A DNA stretch of 64,000 bases, taken from the NCBI GenBank assembly GCA_016284295.1, contig JAEEOP010000033.1:7735-71734 (forward strand), read 5' to 3'. The stretch comes from Methanomassiliicoccaceae archaeon. GTDB lineage: Archaea; Thermoplasmatota; Thermoplasmata; Methanomassiliicoccales; Methanomethylophilaceae. The stretch's first letter is position 1, and the number at the start of each line of letters is the position of its first letter. The translations under genes were made by a program, and so were the position numbers. The notes below the pieces were generated by a model. The model was not told where the DNA came from and ran no database searches. It worked only from the letters and a program-made list of their open reading frames with translations. Shown here one piece after another: positions 46,420 to 55,986 of the stretch.

Positions 46420-47154
46420 TCATATCCTGTCGAAGATGCCCTTGATCTTCCCGAGGGGCTTGAACGCAGGCTCCAGGAGACGTCTGGCATGCCCGATCAC
46501 GAACGCCATGTAAAGTTCCTTGGTGGACCTGGGGAAGTATGATAGCACCCTGTTGCGGTCCAGCTTTGCCGCGGTCATGATGATGTTCGAGTGGAATCCC
46601 CTGATGCCGAGGTCCAGGCCTTTGGCTATCATCCTGTTGGATGCGATCACCGCCCTGTCCGCGCTGTCTGCGAAGATGAAGAGGACCTGGCTTCCTTCCC
46701 AGAGCACCGGGTTGGGCTGCAGGATGTCCCTCTTGTCCCTCCATTCGCCCCATTCCCTGACGATCGGGGTGTCCGCCTCCTTGTCCTTCACGATCTGCCA
46801 GACGGTCTCCATGAAGCTGTTGAGCTCCTCGCCCTGGAGGACGAAGAACTCGCACCTCCTTTTGCCGTGGTCCATCGCGTAGAACAGATCCTGAAGATCC
46901 TCTTCCGAGACCACCCTGCCATCGAACATCTTGCCCTTCTTGATCGTATCGAAGAGGCCCTCGTCCTTCGCCTCCTTCGGCGCCAATTGGATGGCCCCTT
47001 TGGGGCATGAGGATACGCAATGGGAGCATTCCAGGCAGCCGTTCCCGGTCTCCTTCGCCTTGCGGTTCTCTATGACGATGTTGTTCTTCATGCACATGCG
47101 CGCGCATTTCCCGCAGCCGATGCACTTCTCCGTATCGATTATGAGGTGGTTCAT
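46420..47154 (-). CDS. 2x[4Fe-4S] ferredoxin fused to a divergent nitroreductase-like domain
   Basis: CIGCGKCARMC and CLECSHCVSSCP; downstream region has nitroreductase-like layout but no RRSxR or APSxxNxQ motif. Confidence 0.7.
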   Translation of the reverse strand: MNHLIIDTEKCIGCGKCARMCMKNNIVIENRKAKETGNGCLECSHCVSSCPKGAIQLAPKEAKDEGLFDTIKKGKMFDGRVVSEEDLQDLFYAMDHGKRRCEFFVLQGEELNSFMETVWQIVKDKEADTPIVREWGEWRDKRDILQPNPVLWEGSQVLFIFADSADRAVIASNRMIAKGLDLGIRGFHSNIIMTAAKLDRNRVLSYFPRSTKELYMAFVIGHARRLLEPAFKPLGKIKGIFDRI

Positions 47155-47503
47155 TCCACGGACGACTGTCCGTACGCAGATAAACAAGTATCGAGGAGAA
47201 ATGCTGGGATCGCGAACCATCCGCGGTCACCGATATCGAGGGGACTAAGCCTTGCACTAATCTGTTTAAATAGTCGGAAAGGGTCATCGCGCTGTCGTAC
47301 CGGCGAAGGGGCGTGATATCGTGATCGTCATGTGCACGGGACGGCATACAGTGGCCCTATCCCAACTTAGTTTGGGCTCCCGCGGGAGTCGGTGACGTGT
47401 CGTCACAGCAATGACCGGGGGTCAACGTGGGGTCCGACACATACCCCCGGTGTAAGTCAGTGCTCCGAGATCGGCGTCATCGTCGTTACCGTGAAAGAGT
47501 GTG

Positions 47504-48208
47504 TTAGCATTCGGGGGACAAGTTCTTCAGCACAGACATACCGAGGCAGTCCATCTGCTCCATGAGCCTGTCGCTGTCCGGGTACGCATCGATCTTCCTC
47601 ATGAACTGCCTGTTGCGGATCAGCGGATCTGCCCCGTACTCCAGAGATACGAAGGTCACCTGCGTGTAGAGCCCGAAGTCCAGCAGTTCGCTTTCGATGA
47701 TCGGCGCGTCCAGCCTGCGGCTGAGGCACACGGACCTCATGAGCGCGCTGGAGTGGCCCACCGTGCCTTCTCTGACCAGCGGAAGCCAGCCGATGGAGAG
47801 GTTCGGGACCCTCTCCACGAGCTTCTGGCCGATAAGCCTCTCGTACGATTCGAGGACGTTCTTGTAGCGGAAGTCCTCCGCACGGGTCATCCCGTCCAGC
47901 CTGCCCAGGTAGATCGGCTGGTTCCTCTTCACGAAATCGTCCGATTTCAGGTATTCCAGTGCCTTGTCGGAGTAGGGCACCTGGGAATCATCGGTGATCC
48001 TGGAGTAGATCGTGGTCGCCAGCGACTTGAGGACGTCCTCCGGGGCATCCTCGATGTAGTCGCTCACCCAGAAGTCTATGGACCCGTTCATGCGCCTCCA
48101 GGCGACCTTGAGGTCGGTCTCCTGGGAGTAGCCGGCGGTCACATGGGTGAATCCGTAATCCAGGCCCTTCTCGGTGAAGACCCTCGTCAGCATCTTATTG
48201 TCTGTCAT
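47504..48208 (-). CDS. Hypothetical protein, M48/SprT-like fold lacking HExxH
   Basis: DLKVAWRR..SIDFWVSDYIEDAPEDVL, GHSSALMRSVCLSRRLD; LYTQVTFV at the position where HExxH is expected. Confidence 0.55.
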   Translation of the reverse strand: MTDNKMLTRVFTEKGLDYGFTHVTAGYSQETDLKVAWRRMNGSIDFWVSDYIEDAPEDVLKSLATTIYSRITDDSQVPYSDKALEYLKSDDFVKRNQPIYLGRLDGMTRAEDFRYKNVLESYERLIGQKLVERVPNLSIGWLPLVREGTVGHSSALMRSVCLSRRLDAPIIESELLDFGLYTQVTFVSLEYGADPLIRNRQFMRKIDAYPDSDRLMEQMDCLGMSVLKNLSPEC

Positions 48209-48368
48209 CTGTCTTTTCCTGCTCTGCCGTAGAGCGGACCAGGACTCTCGGCGTGCAGATTATAAAGGTGACCTGTACGGTAACAGTGCCTTTCGTTTTA
48301 TCAGCGATTACAGGGTGTAAGTGAAAGAATTCGTTCCAGTATCATCAAGGTACCGACGGTGTACAAAG

Positions 48369-48384
48369 GTTACCTGCAAGTAAC
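48369..48384. promoter_or_regulatory. Candidate HxlR-type operator
   Basis: GTTAC-CTGCAA-GTAAC palindrome in the divergent intergenic region upstream of an operon that includes an HxlR regulator. Confidence 0.45.
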
Positions 48385-48471
48385 GCTGTTACTCATTAGT
48401 TACTTTATTACATGTAAGTATCTTTTTCATACTTATATCCCGATGTGAATGCAGTGTCGGAGTTGAAACAA

Positions 48472-49263
48472 ATGACAACCACAACAGAACAGCTCTCGAA
48501 AGGGAAAGTCACGACGATCGAATGCGGGGACCTTAACGTCCGCGTCTACAGCACGAACGATGCGATCAACGACCAGGTGATCCTTCTGGATCGTGCAGGG
48601 AAGGGAGTGGTCATAGAGCTCCCCTGCTTCCGCGACAGCATCGAGGAGATGACAGCTTACATCAAGGGGAAGGACATCTCCATCGAGGGAAAGCTCGTCT
48701 CATATCACGCGGCGGGATCCTCATTCCTCCCGGATGTCAAGAGCTACATGACGGATTCGTCGGTAGCCTACAATACGGACGGCGAGGGGGCGCAGTTAAT
48801 CAAGGGTTTCACAGGTGCATTCGGCTCCGGATTCGATTCGGGAACGGTCAACAGCGGAGAGAGGATCGGCGCCGGCACGATCGGCATCGGGGGAATAGAG
48901 CTCGAGATCATCCCTAACGGGGACGCATTCGAGGTGTACATCCCTGCCGCCAAGGCGGTCTATGTGCACATGATCGGACACGACTGCCATTCCATCGTGG
49001 GGAGTCCTGCACACGCCGATTCGATCATCAGGAACCTCAGAGGATACCTTGACAGGGGGACGCAGATCTTCCTCTCGTCCCACTACGGCCCCGAGACCAG
49101 GGAGGATGTGGAGGCAAAGATCGCATACCTCCAGGAGCTCAAGGACATCGCCGCCGGCAGCGAGGACAGGGAGGACTTCAAGGCCAGGGTCAACGCGATG
49201 TTCCCGGGGTATTCTGGTTCCAACTATCTCGACATGACGGCCGGTTTCCTCTTCAGGGACTGA
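48472..49263 (+). CDS. Metallo-beta-lactamase-fold-like protein (degenerate metal motif)
   Basis: VILLD..GVVIELP, LVSYHAAG, VYVHMIGHDCHS, FLSSHYGPE. Confidence 0.6.
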   Translation: MTTTTEQLSKGKVTTIECGDLNVRVYSTNDAINDQVILLDRAGKGVVIELPCFRDSIEEMTAYIKGKDISIEGKLVSYHAAGSSFLPDVKSYMTDSSVAYNTDGEGAQLIKGFTGAFGSGFDSGTVNSGERIGAGTIGIGGIELEIIPNGDAFEVYIPAAKAVYVHMIGHDCHSIVGSPAHADSIIRNLRGYLDRGTQIFLSSHYGPETREDVEAKIAYLQELKDIAAGSEDREDFKARVNAMFPGYSGSNYLDMTAGFLFRD

Positions 49264-49301
49264 GGGACAAGGATAAACCGTCGAAGGGAGATACGGGGAA
49301 C

Positions 49302-49628
49302 ATGAGAGAACTTCCAGCATGCCCTGTCGAGACCACTCTGCTCATGATAGGGGAGAAATGGAAAGTGCTGATACTGCGGGAGCTGCTCACGGGGACCAAG
49401 CGTTTCAGTGAGATCAAGGCGGCAGTATCGGGGGTATCGCAGAAGGTGCTCACGCAGAAGCTCCGCGAGATGGAATCCGACGGGTTGCTAACCCGCGAGG
49501 TGTTCCCCGAAGTCCCTCCGAGGGTGGAGTACACCCTTACCGATCTGGGCGAGACGCTCAGACCGATCCTCGATTCCATGAGGGATTGGGGAGCGGAGTA
49601 TCGGAACATCAATAAGGAGAATCGATGA
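49302..49628 (+). CDS. HxlR-family winged-helix regulator
   Basis: CPVETTLLMIGEKWKVLIL, RFSEI, SQKVLTQKLREME, VPPRVEYTLT. Confidence 0.93.
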   Translation: MRELPACPVETTLLMIGEKWKVLILRELLTGTKRFSEIKAAVSGVSQKVLTQKLREMESDGLLTREVFPEVPPRVEYTLTDLGETLRPILDSMRDWGAEYRNINKENR

Positions 49629-50473
49629 GTTCATCAGATGATTACAGGGAGGGGCTGCTGGAAGGGCTCATGTCGGAGACCGACGTAAGATTCCGGACCG
49701 GCGACATATCCGGCGCCGATTTGCAGAGGATGCTGATCCGCGCCTACATGAACATAAGGCGGCCGGCCCCCGCTACGGAGGAACTGCTCAGGATACAGGA
49801 CCTGTACCTGTCGGCACGGAGATCGGAGAGAGGTGTCGTGGATTCCGCGGGCATCCCCACGATCGACAGGTCGCTGGGGAGCACACGTCCCTTCTCGGAC
49901 AGGATCTGCCTCTGGCGGGGTGACATCACTACACTGGACTGCGACGCCATCGTAAACGCGGCGAATTCGCAGATGCTGGGGTGCTTCCAGCCATGCCATG
50001 CCTGCATCGACAACTGCATACACACGTATGCGGGCATGCAGATGAGGATGGAGTGTGATGCCAGGATGCGGGAGCTGAGGGCAAGATTCGGGGGCGGCTA
50101 CGAGCAGCCTACTGCTATACCGATGCTCACGGATGCATACAACCTCCCGTGCAGGAAAGTCATCCACGTTGTCGGACCGATCGTGCAGGAAACGCTCACC
50201 CCTGATCTGGAGAGGGATCTGGGCGATTGCTACAGGAACGTCCTCGACATGTGCAGGGACAACGGGATCAGATCCGTGGCCCTCTGTTGCATATCCACGG
50301 GCGTGTTCCACTTCCCTAACAAGCGGGCGGCGGAGATCGCGGTATCAGCAGTGGGCGGGTGGCTCGAGAACAACAGGGATTCGATGGACAGGGTGATATT
50401 CAATGTATTCCTCGAAAAGGACTGGAGCATCTACAAGGGACTTCTTTCTCGAGGTCCCGGACGGCTACCGTGA
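49625..50473 (+). CDS. Zinc-dependent macrodomain protein-ADP-ribose hydrolase
   Basis: GDITTLDCDAIVNAANSQMLGCFQPCHACIDNCIHTYAG, VIHVVGP, CISTGVFHFP. Confidence 0.92.
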   Translation: MSSSDDYREGLLEGLMSETDVRFRTGDISGADLQRMLIRAYMNIRRPAPATEELLRIQDLYLSARRSERGVVDSAGIPTIDRSLGSTRPFSDRICLWRGDITTLDCDAIVNAANSQMLGCFQPCHACIDNCIHTYAGMQMRMECDARMRELRARFGGGYEQPTAIPMLTDAYNLPCRKVIHVVGPIVQETLTPDLERDLGDCYRNVLDMCRDNGIRSVALCCISTGVFHFPNKRAAEIAVSAVGGWLENNRDSMDRVIFNVFLEKDWSIYKGLLSRGPGRLP

Positions 50474-51446
50474 GACCATATCCGAAGGTCAGAAGGCGAT
50501 CGGGTTCCTCGACAGGAGTCTCATGAGGGGGCCGGGCACCAAGGAGGGGAATATGAGGAGGCTCAGGGAGGCGATCGATTCCGCCGACGCCATAGTCGTC
50601 GGGGCCGGCGCAGGATTGAGCACATCCGCCGGTTTCACCTACAGCGGACCACGGTTCATGAGGTACTTCGGGGATTTCTTCGTCGCTTACGGGATCACGG
50701 ACATGTACTCCGGCGGATTCTATCCGTTCCCGGAGCCGGAGATTCAATGGGCATGGTGGAGCAGGCACATTTACTTCAACCGGTACGTGGACGCTCCCAA
50801 ACCGGTGTACAGGGACCTGCTCGGGCTCCTTGAGGGCAGGGAATACTTCGTTATCACCACGAATGTCGACCACCAGTTCCAAAGGGCCGGCATCGACAAG
50901 AGACGTCTCTTCTACACCCAGGGGGATTACGGCCTTCTCCAGACGAAGGACGGGAGGAACCGCAGGACGTATGACAACGAGGACATGGTCATCAGGATGA
51001 TGGAATCTCAGGGATTCGTCAGGGGCGGGAACGGCGAGTTCGCCATCCCGGAGGGAGGTGTGAGGATGAGGGTTTCCACCGAACTCATACCAAGGGATGA
51101 AACGACGGGCGAGCCGCTCGTGATGAACCTGCGCAGCGACGATTCCTTTTCCGAGGACGACGGCTGGGTCAGGGCATCTGCCGCATACTCAGATTTCCTG
51201 AGAAGGCATGACGGTCAGAAGGTCCTTTACATGGAACTGGGGGTGGGTTCGAACACCCCGGTGATCATCAAATTCCCGTTCTGGTACCGCACGTGGAAGA
51301 ACCCGAAGGCGACATATGCGTGTCTGAACCTCGGCGAGACGTTCTGTCCCAAGGGTATCTCGGACAGATCCATCTGCATAGACGGCGACCTGGCCGAGAC
51401 CATCTCGGCGTTGAAGGGGATAGAGGAAAGCCAGCGCACCGTATGA
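50403..51446 (+). CDS. Class M sirtuin (SirTM-like ADP-ribosyltransferase)
   Basis: GAGAGLSTSAG, FVITTNVDHQF, YTQGDYG, MNLRSDDSF, ELGVGSNTPVIIKFPFW; alternative start at 50553. Confidence 0.9.
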   Translation: MYSSKRTGASTRDFFLEVPDGYRETISEGQKAIGFLDRSLMRGPGTKEGNMRRLREAIDSADAIVVGAGAGLSTSAGFTYSGPRFMRYFGDFFVAYGITDMYSGGFYPFPEPEIQWAWWSRHIYFNRYVDAPKPVYRDLLGLLEGREYFVITTNVDHQFQRAGIDKRRLFYTQGDYGLLQTKDGRNRRTYDNEDMVIRMMESQGFVRGGNGEFAIPEGGVRMRVSTELIPRDETTGEPLVMNLRSDDSFSEDDGWVRASAAYSDFLRRHDGQKVLYMELGVGSNTPVIIKFPFWYRTWKNPKATYACLNLGETFCPKGISDRSICIDGDLAETISALKGIEESQRTV

Positions 51447-51544
51447 GGTCTCTTAGACGCTTCTCTATGATGCACCATCGCCCATGTGGTTTCCACGGGG
51501 CGGCGATGATAAGGCTTAAACGGAATCAACATCGTCGGCCACCC

Positions 51545-51931
51545 ATGCAGGAAGATTCCGAGCAGCGCAAGAAGACTGATATGATATTGAAGGCCATCGA
51601 GAACGAATATGGTTTCATCCCCGTGGTGAACCAGGTCCTGAGTGACCGTCCTGATATCTTCCTCCCGTCGGTGGCATTCAGCCAGACGGTCCTCGAGAAC
51701 AAGAACGGAGCCATCGGCAAGAAGGAAAGGTACCTCTGCGCCATCTCGGCAGCGGCGGCGGTCGGAGGGGAGTACTGCCTGAAGGTGCAGATCCAGCACG
51801 CCAAGGACGCAGGTGCATCCAAGGACGAGATCCTCGAGAGCATTATGATCGGCTCCATGATGTCCATGACGCGCTCCGAGTCCTATGCTCTAAGGGCCTA
51901 CGCCGATGCCTTCGATATCGAGTACAAGTAA
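51545..51931 (+). CDS. Carboxymuconolactone decarboxylase / AhpD-like protein
   Basis: KKERYLCAISAAAAVGGEYCLKVQIQHAKDAGASKDEILESI. Confidence 0.85.
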   Translation: MQEDSEQRKKTDMILKAIENEYGFIPVVNQVLSDRPDIFLPSVAFSQTVLENKNGAIGKKERYLCAISAAAAVGGEYCLKVQIQHAKDAGASKDEILESIMIGSMMSMTRSESYALRAYADAFDIEYK

Positions 51932-52052
51932 TCATTGGCGCATCCATCCAAACAGCCAGCCACGTGCTGGCTCTTTCTCCGACCCTACCGAAGTCCCGAA
52001 GAATCCGGGGCCATGTTTTATATTATCGTCGTTGTTAAGAGGGACGATACCA

Positions 52053-52379
52053 ATGGTAACCATCACTGAGGACGCAGAGAAGTTCATAACCGATCTGCTC
52101 GAGAAGAACCAGAAGACTGGATATGGAATCAAGATCTACGTCGCGGGATTCGCATGCTCCGGACCCCAGTTCGGTATGTCCTTCCAGGAGAAGGAGGCCG
52201 AGGGAGACATCATCGACGACACCGCAAAGGGATTCAAGATGTACTACGACGACGAGACCAAGAAGGAGCTCGACGAGTGCGTCATCGAATTCATCGACGA
52301 CCCCAACTTCGGAACGGGTCTCACCATCCGCAACCCCAACTTCAACGGTTGCGCCTCCTGCGGCGGCGGATGCCACTAA
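52053..52379 (+). CDS. HesB/IscA-family Fe-S cluster carrier
   Basis: ITEDA, YVAGFACSGPQFGM, NPNFNGCASCGGGCH. Confidence 0.85.
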   Translation: MVTITEDAEKFITDLLEKNQKTGYGIKIYVAGFACSGPQFGMSFQEKEAEGDIIDDTAKGFKMYYDDETKKELDECVIEFIDDPNFGTGLTIRNPNFNGCASCGGGCH

Positions 52380-52468
52380 ACCTATCCAGGGGCCAAGCGC
52401 CCCGTCAAACCTTTCTTCCAGACTTTCTCTCATAATCTATTTTTGATTGTTCCCTATACCGTCAGACG

Positions 52469-54037
52469 ATGAGTTCCGTAGTCCACCCCTGCATCGCTCC
52501 GGACAAGGTCGAGGAGCGCAGCTACCAGACCAACGTCGTGGCCAGCTGCATCAGGGCCAACACGCTGGTGATCCTGCCCACCGGTCTGGGCAAGACCATC
52601 ATAGCCCTGCGTGTCGCTGCGGAGTACATCGGTTCGGGCAAGATCCTTATCCTCGCCCCGACCAAGCCGCTGCTGGACCAGCATCTGGACACCTTTAGTA
52701 CGCTGATGGTCGGGCATACCGTCACCGTCCTCAACGGATCCATCACGCCGAAGAAGAGGGCGGAGGTCATCGCGCAGTACGACGTTGTCATCGCCACCCC
52801 CCAGACAATTTCAAATGACCTCCAGGAGGGGAGGTACAATCTGGACCCGTTCTCCCTGATAATCTACGACGAGGCACACAGGGGCGTGGGGGATTACGCA
52901 TACGTCACCATCGCCCAGTACTGCAACCGCAGGATGCGCTCCATCGGAATGACCGCGTCCCCCGGTGCGAACATGGAGAAGATCAAGCAGGTGTGCGTGA
53001 ACCTGGACCTGCGCCGCATAGAGGCCAAGTCCGAGGACGACCGCGATGTATCGCCATATGTCCACGACACCTACGTGACCGAGGTCAGGGTGAACCTCCC
53101 GGACGATATCGTGGCGATAGACCACTTCCTCAAGACGCTCCTGAGCCATTACGTGAGCGAGCTGACCAGCCTGAGGCTGATGAATCCCGCCAGGCCTCCG
53201 ACCAGGGGGCACTTCCTGGACATCCAGAGGATGCTGCAGGTGAGGCTGAACAGCGGGGAGAAGACCGCGCTTATCTACAGGGGACTGTCTTTGACGGCCA
53301 AGGGGAACAAGATCCTCCATGCCATCAAGCTGGCGGAGACGCAGGGCATAACGCCGCTCAGGCTGTACATCGACAAGCTGGAGGCGGAGGCCGCCCAGGA
53401 CAAGGGCGGGAGGACGGCCAGGGAGATCATCGGGCGCCAGGAGTACAAGGACATGAGGAAGGTCTTGGACTCCACCAACGTGGAGCATCCCAAGGTGTCC
53501 AAGGCGCTGTCCATCGTGAGCAGGACGCTCAACGACGATCCCGGCTCCAAGGTGATGATATTCACAGAGCTGAGGGACACGTGCGACATGCTGGTGTCCA
53601 AGCTTTCCGCAGTAAGCGGGGCCAGGGTGGCCAAGCTGGTGGGCCAGTCCAAGGACGGGATGTCGCAGAAGGAACAGGTGGAGCTCCTCGAGAGGCTCCG
53701 TTCCGGAGAGGTCAACGTAATCGTGGCAACATCCGTCGGGGAGGAGGGTCTGGACATCTCGAGCACCAACGCCGTCGTGTTCTATGAGCCGGTGCCGTCG
53801 GAGATCCGCACGATCCAGAGGAGGGGCCGTACAGGCAGGAAGAACGACGGCGACGTGTACGTCCTCATCGCCAACGGTACAATGGACGAGGGAACGGAGG
53901 CATCCAGCAAGCGCAAGGAGGAGGCCATGAGGGCCAACATAGCCAAGCTCAACGAGGATCTCAGCCGCGGGAAGCCCTGGATACAGGATACCGCCCAGAC
54001 CGGACTGGACAGCTACCGCCGCATCGACGGACAGTAA
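52469..54037 (+). CDS. hef: Hef/FANCM-type SF2 helicase without ERCC4 nuclease domain
   Basis: RSYQ, LPTGLGKT, LAPTKPL, DEAH, GMTASPG, VATSVGEEGLDI, QRRGRTGR. Confidence 0.9.
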   Translation: MSSVVHPCIAPDKVEERSYQTNVVASCIRANTLVILPTGLGKTIIALRVAAEYIGSGKILILAPTKPLLDQHLDTFSTLMVGHTVTVLNGSITPKKRAEVIAQYDVVIATPQTISNDLQEGRYNLDPFSLIIYDEAHRGVGDYAYVTIAQYCNRRMRSIGMTASPGANMEKIKQVCVNLDLRRIEAKSEDDRDVSPYVHDTYVTEVRVNLPDDIVAIDHFLKTLLSHYVSELTSLRLMNPARPPTRGHFLDIQRMLQVRLNSGEKTALIYRGLSLTAKGNKILHAIKLAETQGITPLRLYIDKLEAEAAQDKGGRTAREIIGRQEYKDMRKVLDSTNVEHPKVSKALSIVSRTLNDDPGSKVMIFTELRDTCDMLVSKLSAVSGARVAKLVGQSKDGMSQKEQVELLERLRSGEVNVIVATSVGEEGLDISSTNAVVFYEPVPSEIRTIQRRGRTGRKNDGDVYVLIANGTMDEGTEASSKRKEEAMRANIAKLNEDLSRGKPWIQDTAQTGLDSYRRIDGQ

Positions 54038-54069
54038 ACCATTTTACGGAGCCTTGCGATTGAGGTCCC

Positions 54070-55836
54070 ATGTTGTATTCCGAGCTCGCTGAAATGTTCG
54101 ACAGACTGGAGGCCACCGGCAGCCGTCTCGAGATGACCTCGATCCTGGCGGATTTCCTGGCCAAGGTCGACAGGAAGGAGCTCAGGAGGATCGTGTACCT
54201 ATCCCAGGGGAAGCTGCATCCGGATTTCGTCGCCAAGGAGCTCGGGATGGCCGACAGGCTGGTCCTGAAGGCGATATCATTCACGTCCGGTACTCAGGAG
54301 TCCGTGGCCGAGGAGCTGTGGATAAAGACCGGCGATCCCGGGGAGGTGGCGGAGAAGCTGATCTCGAAGAAGAAGCAGATGACGCTCTTCGCCGAGGAGC
54401 TCACCGTGGACAGGGTGTACAACGGCCTGACGGCCATCCAGGATGCCGAGGGGAAGGACTCCCAGGACAAGAAGATGAAGCTCCTGTCCAACATGCTCCA
54501 CGATTCCGGCCCTGTCGAGGCACGCTACCTCTGCAGGATAGTCACCGGCAGGATGAGGGTCGGCGCAGGGGACATGACGATACTCGACGCCCTGGCCGAG
54601 GCGTTCGCCTCCAAGGAGGACAGGCCCGCCATCGAGAGGGCGTTCAACATCACATGCGACATAGGTTTCGTTGCGGAGACCATAGCAGAAGGCGGAATGG
54701 ACGCCATAAGGGCCGTGCAGGTCACGATAAACAACCCCATCAAGGTCATGCTCGCGGAGCGTCTGCCGTCGGTGTCCGAGGTGGTCGCCAAGATGGGCGG
54801 CAAGTGCGCCATAGAGTACAAGTACGACGGTATAAGGGTCCAGGCCCATATCGGCAGGGATTCTGTCAAGCTGTACTCCCGCAGGCTGGAGGATCTCACG
54901 AGCAACTTCCCCGACATCGCCAAGGCGCTGAGGGAGAGGTGCAGGTACGGGGAGGTCATCATCGAGGGAGAGTGCGTGGCCGTGGATCCGGAGACCGGGT
55001 TCATGCTCCCGTTCCAGGCGGTCACCCACCGCAGGAAGAAGCACGGCATGGACGAGGCCGTAAAGGAGGTCAGCGTCAGGATATTCATGTTCGACATCCT
55101 CTTCCGCGATGGGGAGGACATGACCAATGTTCCGTATCTGCAGCGCAGGTCGGAGTTGGAATCGTCGTTCGAGATCGGCGACAAGGTGCAGATGACCACC
55201 ATGCGCCTGGTCAACAGCCCCGAGGAGGGCGAGGACTTCTTCGCCAATGCCATTGCAGCGAGGTGCGAGGGGATAATGGCCAAGTCCGTCGCGCCCGAAT
55301 CGATATACAGGGCGGGTTCCAGGGGATTCCTGTGGATCAAGTACAAGAAGGACTACCAGCAGGCCTTGACCGACTCCTTCGACCTCTCCGTCGTGGGAGC
55401 GTTCTACGGCATGGGGAAGAGGGCCGGGAAGTACGGTGCGCTCCTCATGGCCGCGTTCAACGAGGATTCCGGAAGGTTCGAGACCGTCTGCAAGCTTGGA
55501 ACGGGATTCGACGACGCGTTCCTGGACTCCATGCCCGAGCTGCTTAACTCCGGTCTCTCCGAGAGCAGGCCCCGCTCCGTCGATGCCGAGATGGTCCCCG
55601 ACGTATGGTTCGAGCCGTCCGTGGTCCTGGAGGTCGTGGCCGCAGAGATAACCTTGAGCCCGATCCACACGGCTGCCAGAGGGGTCCTGAAGGAGGACGC
55701 CGGGCTGGGCATAAGGTTCCCCAGGTTCACCGGCCGTGTGAGGGACGACAAGTCCCCCGAGCAGTGCACCACCGTCGGCGAGATCATCGAGATGTACGAG
55801 ATGCAGGCCCACGATTCCGATGGTCTCTCGGAGTGA
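54070..55836 (+). CDS. lig: ATP-dependent DNA ligase
   Basis: EYKYDGIRVQ, IIEGECV, MFDILF, EGIMAK, WIKYKKDY, RFPRF. Confidence 0.96.
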   Translation: MLYSELAEMFDRLEATGSRLEMTSILADFLAKVDRKELRRIVYLSQGKLHPDFVAKELGMADRLVLKAISFTSGTQESVAEELWIKTGDPGEVAEKLISKKKQMTLFAEELTVDRVYNGLTAIQDAEGKDSQDKKMKLLSNMLHDSGPVEARYLCRIVTGRMRVGAGDMTILDALAEAFASKEDRPAIERAFNITCDIGFVAETIAEGGMDAIRAVQVTINNPIKVMLAERLPSVSEVVAKMGGKCAIEYKYDGIRVQAHIGRDSVKLYSRRLEDLTSNFPDIAKALRERCRYGEVIIEGECVAVDPETGFMLPFQAVTHRRKKHGMDEAVKEVSVRIFMFDILFRDGEDMTNVPYLQRRSELESSFEIGDKVQMTTMRLVNSPEEGEDFFANAIAARCEGIMAKSVAPESIYRAGSRGFLWIKYKKDYQQALTDSFDLSVVGAFYGMGKRAGKYGALLMAAFNEDSGRFETVCKLGTGFDDAFLDSMPELLNSGLSESRPRSVDAEMVPDVWFEPSVVLEVVAAEITLSPIHTAARGVLKEDAGLGIRFPRFTGRVRDDKSPEQCTTVGEIIEMYEMQAHDSDGLSE

Positions 55837-55986
55837 ATCTGTCCCTACCGTATCTTGTTTGTCCCTTCAGAGACAGCAGGTATCCCTGGGGGACAATCGA
55901 CGGGTTTTCGGCGAAGGACAGTTTTAAGAACAGGGATTGATACGCAGCGTTTTGTGGCAACGGATTCGCTTACCCCGGAACAGAGG

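Noticed and set aside
47336-47360. GGGCCACTGTA on the minus strand resembling a cobalamin riboswitch segment
   Set aside because: The other conserved riboswitch elements are missing
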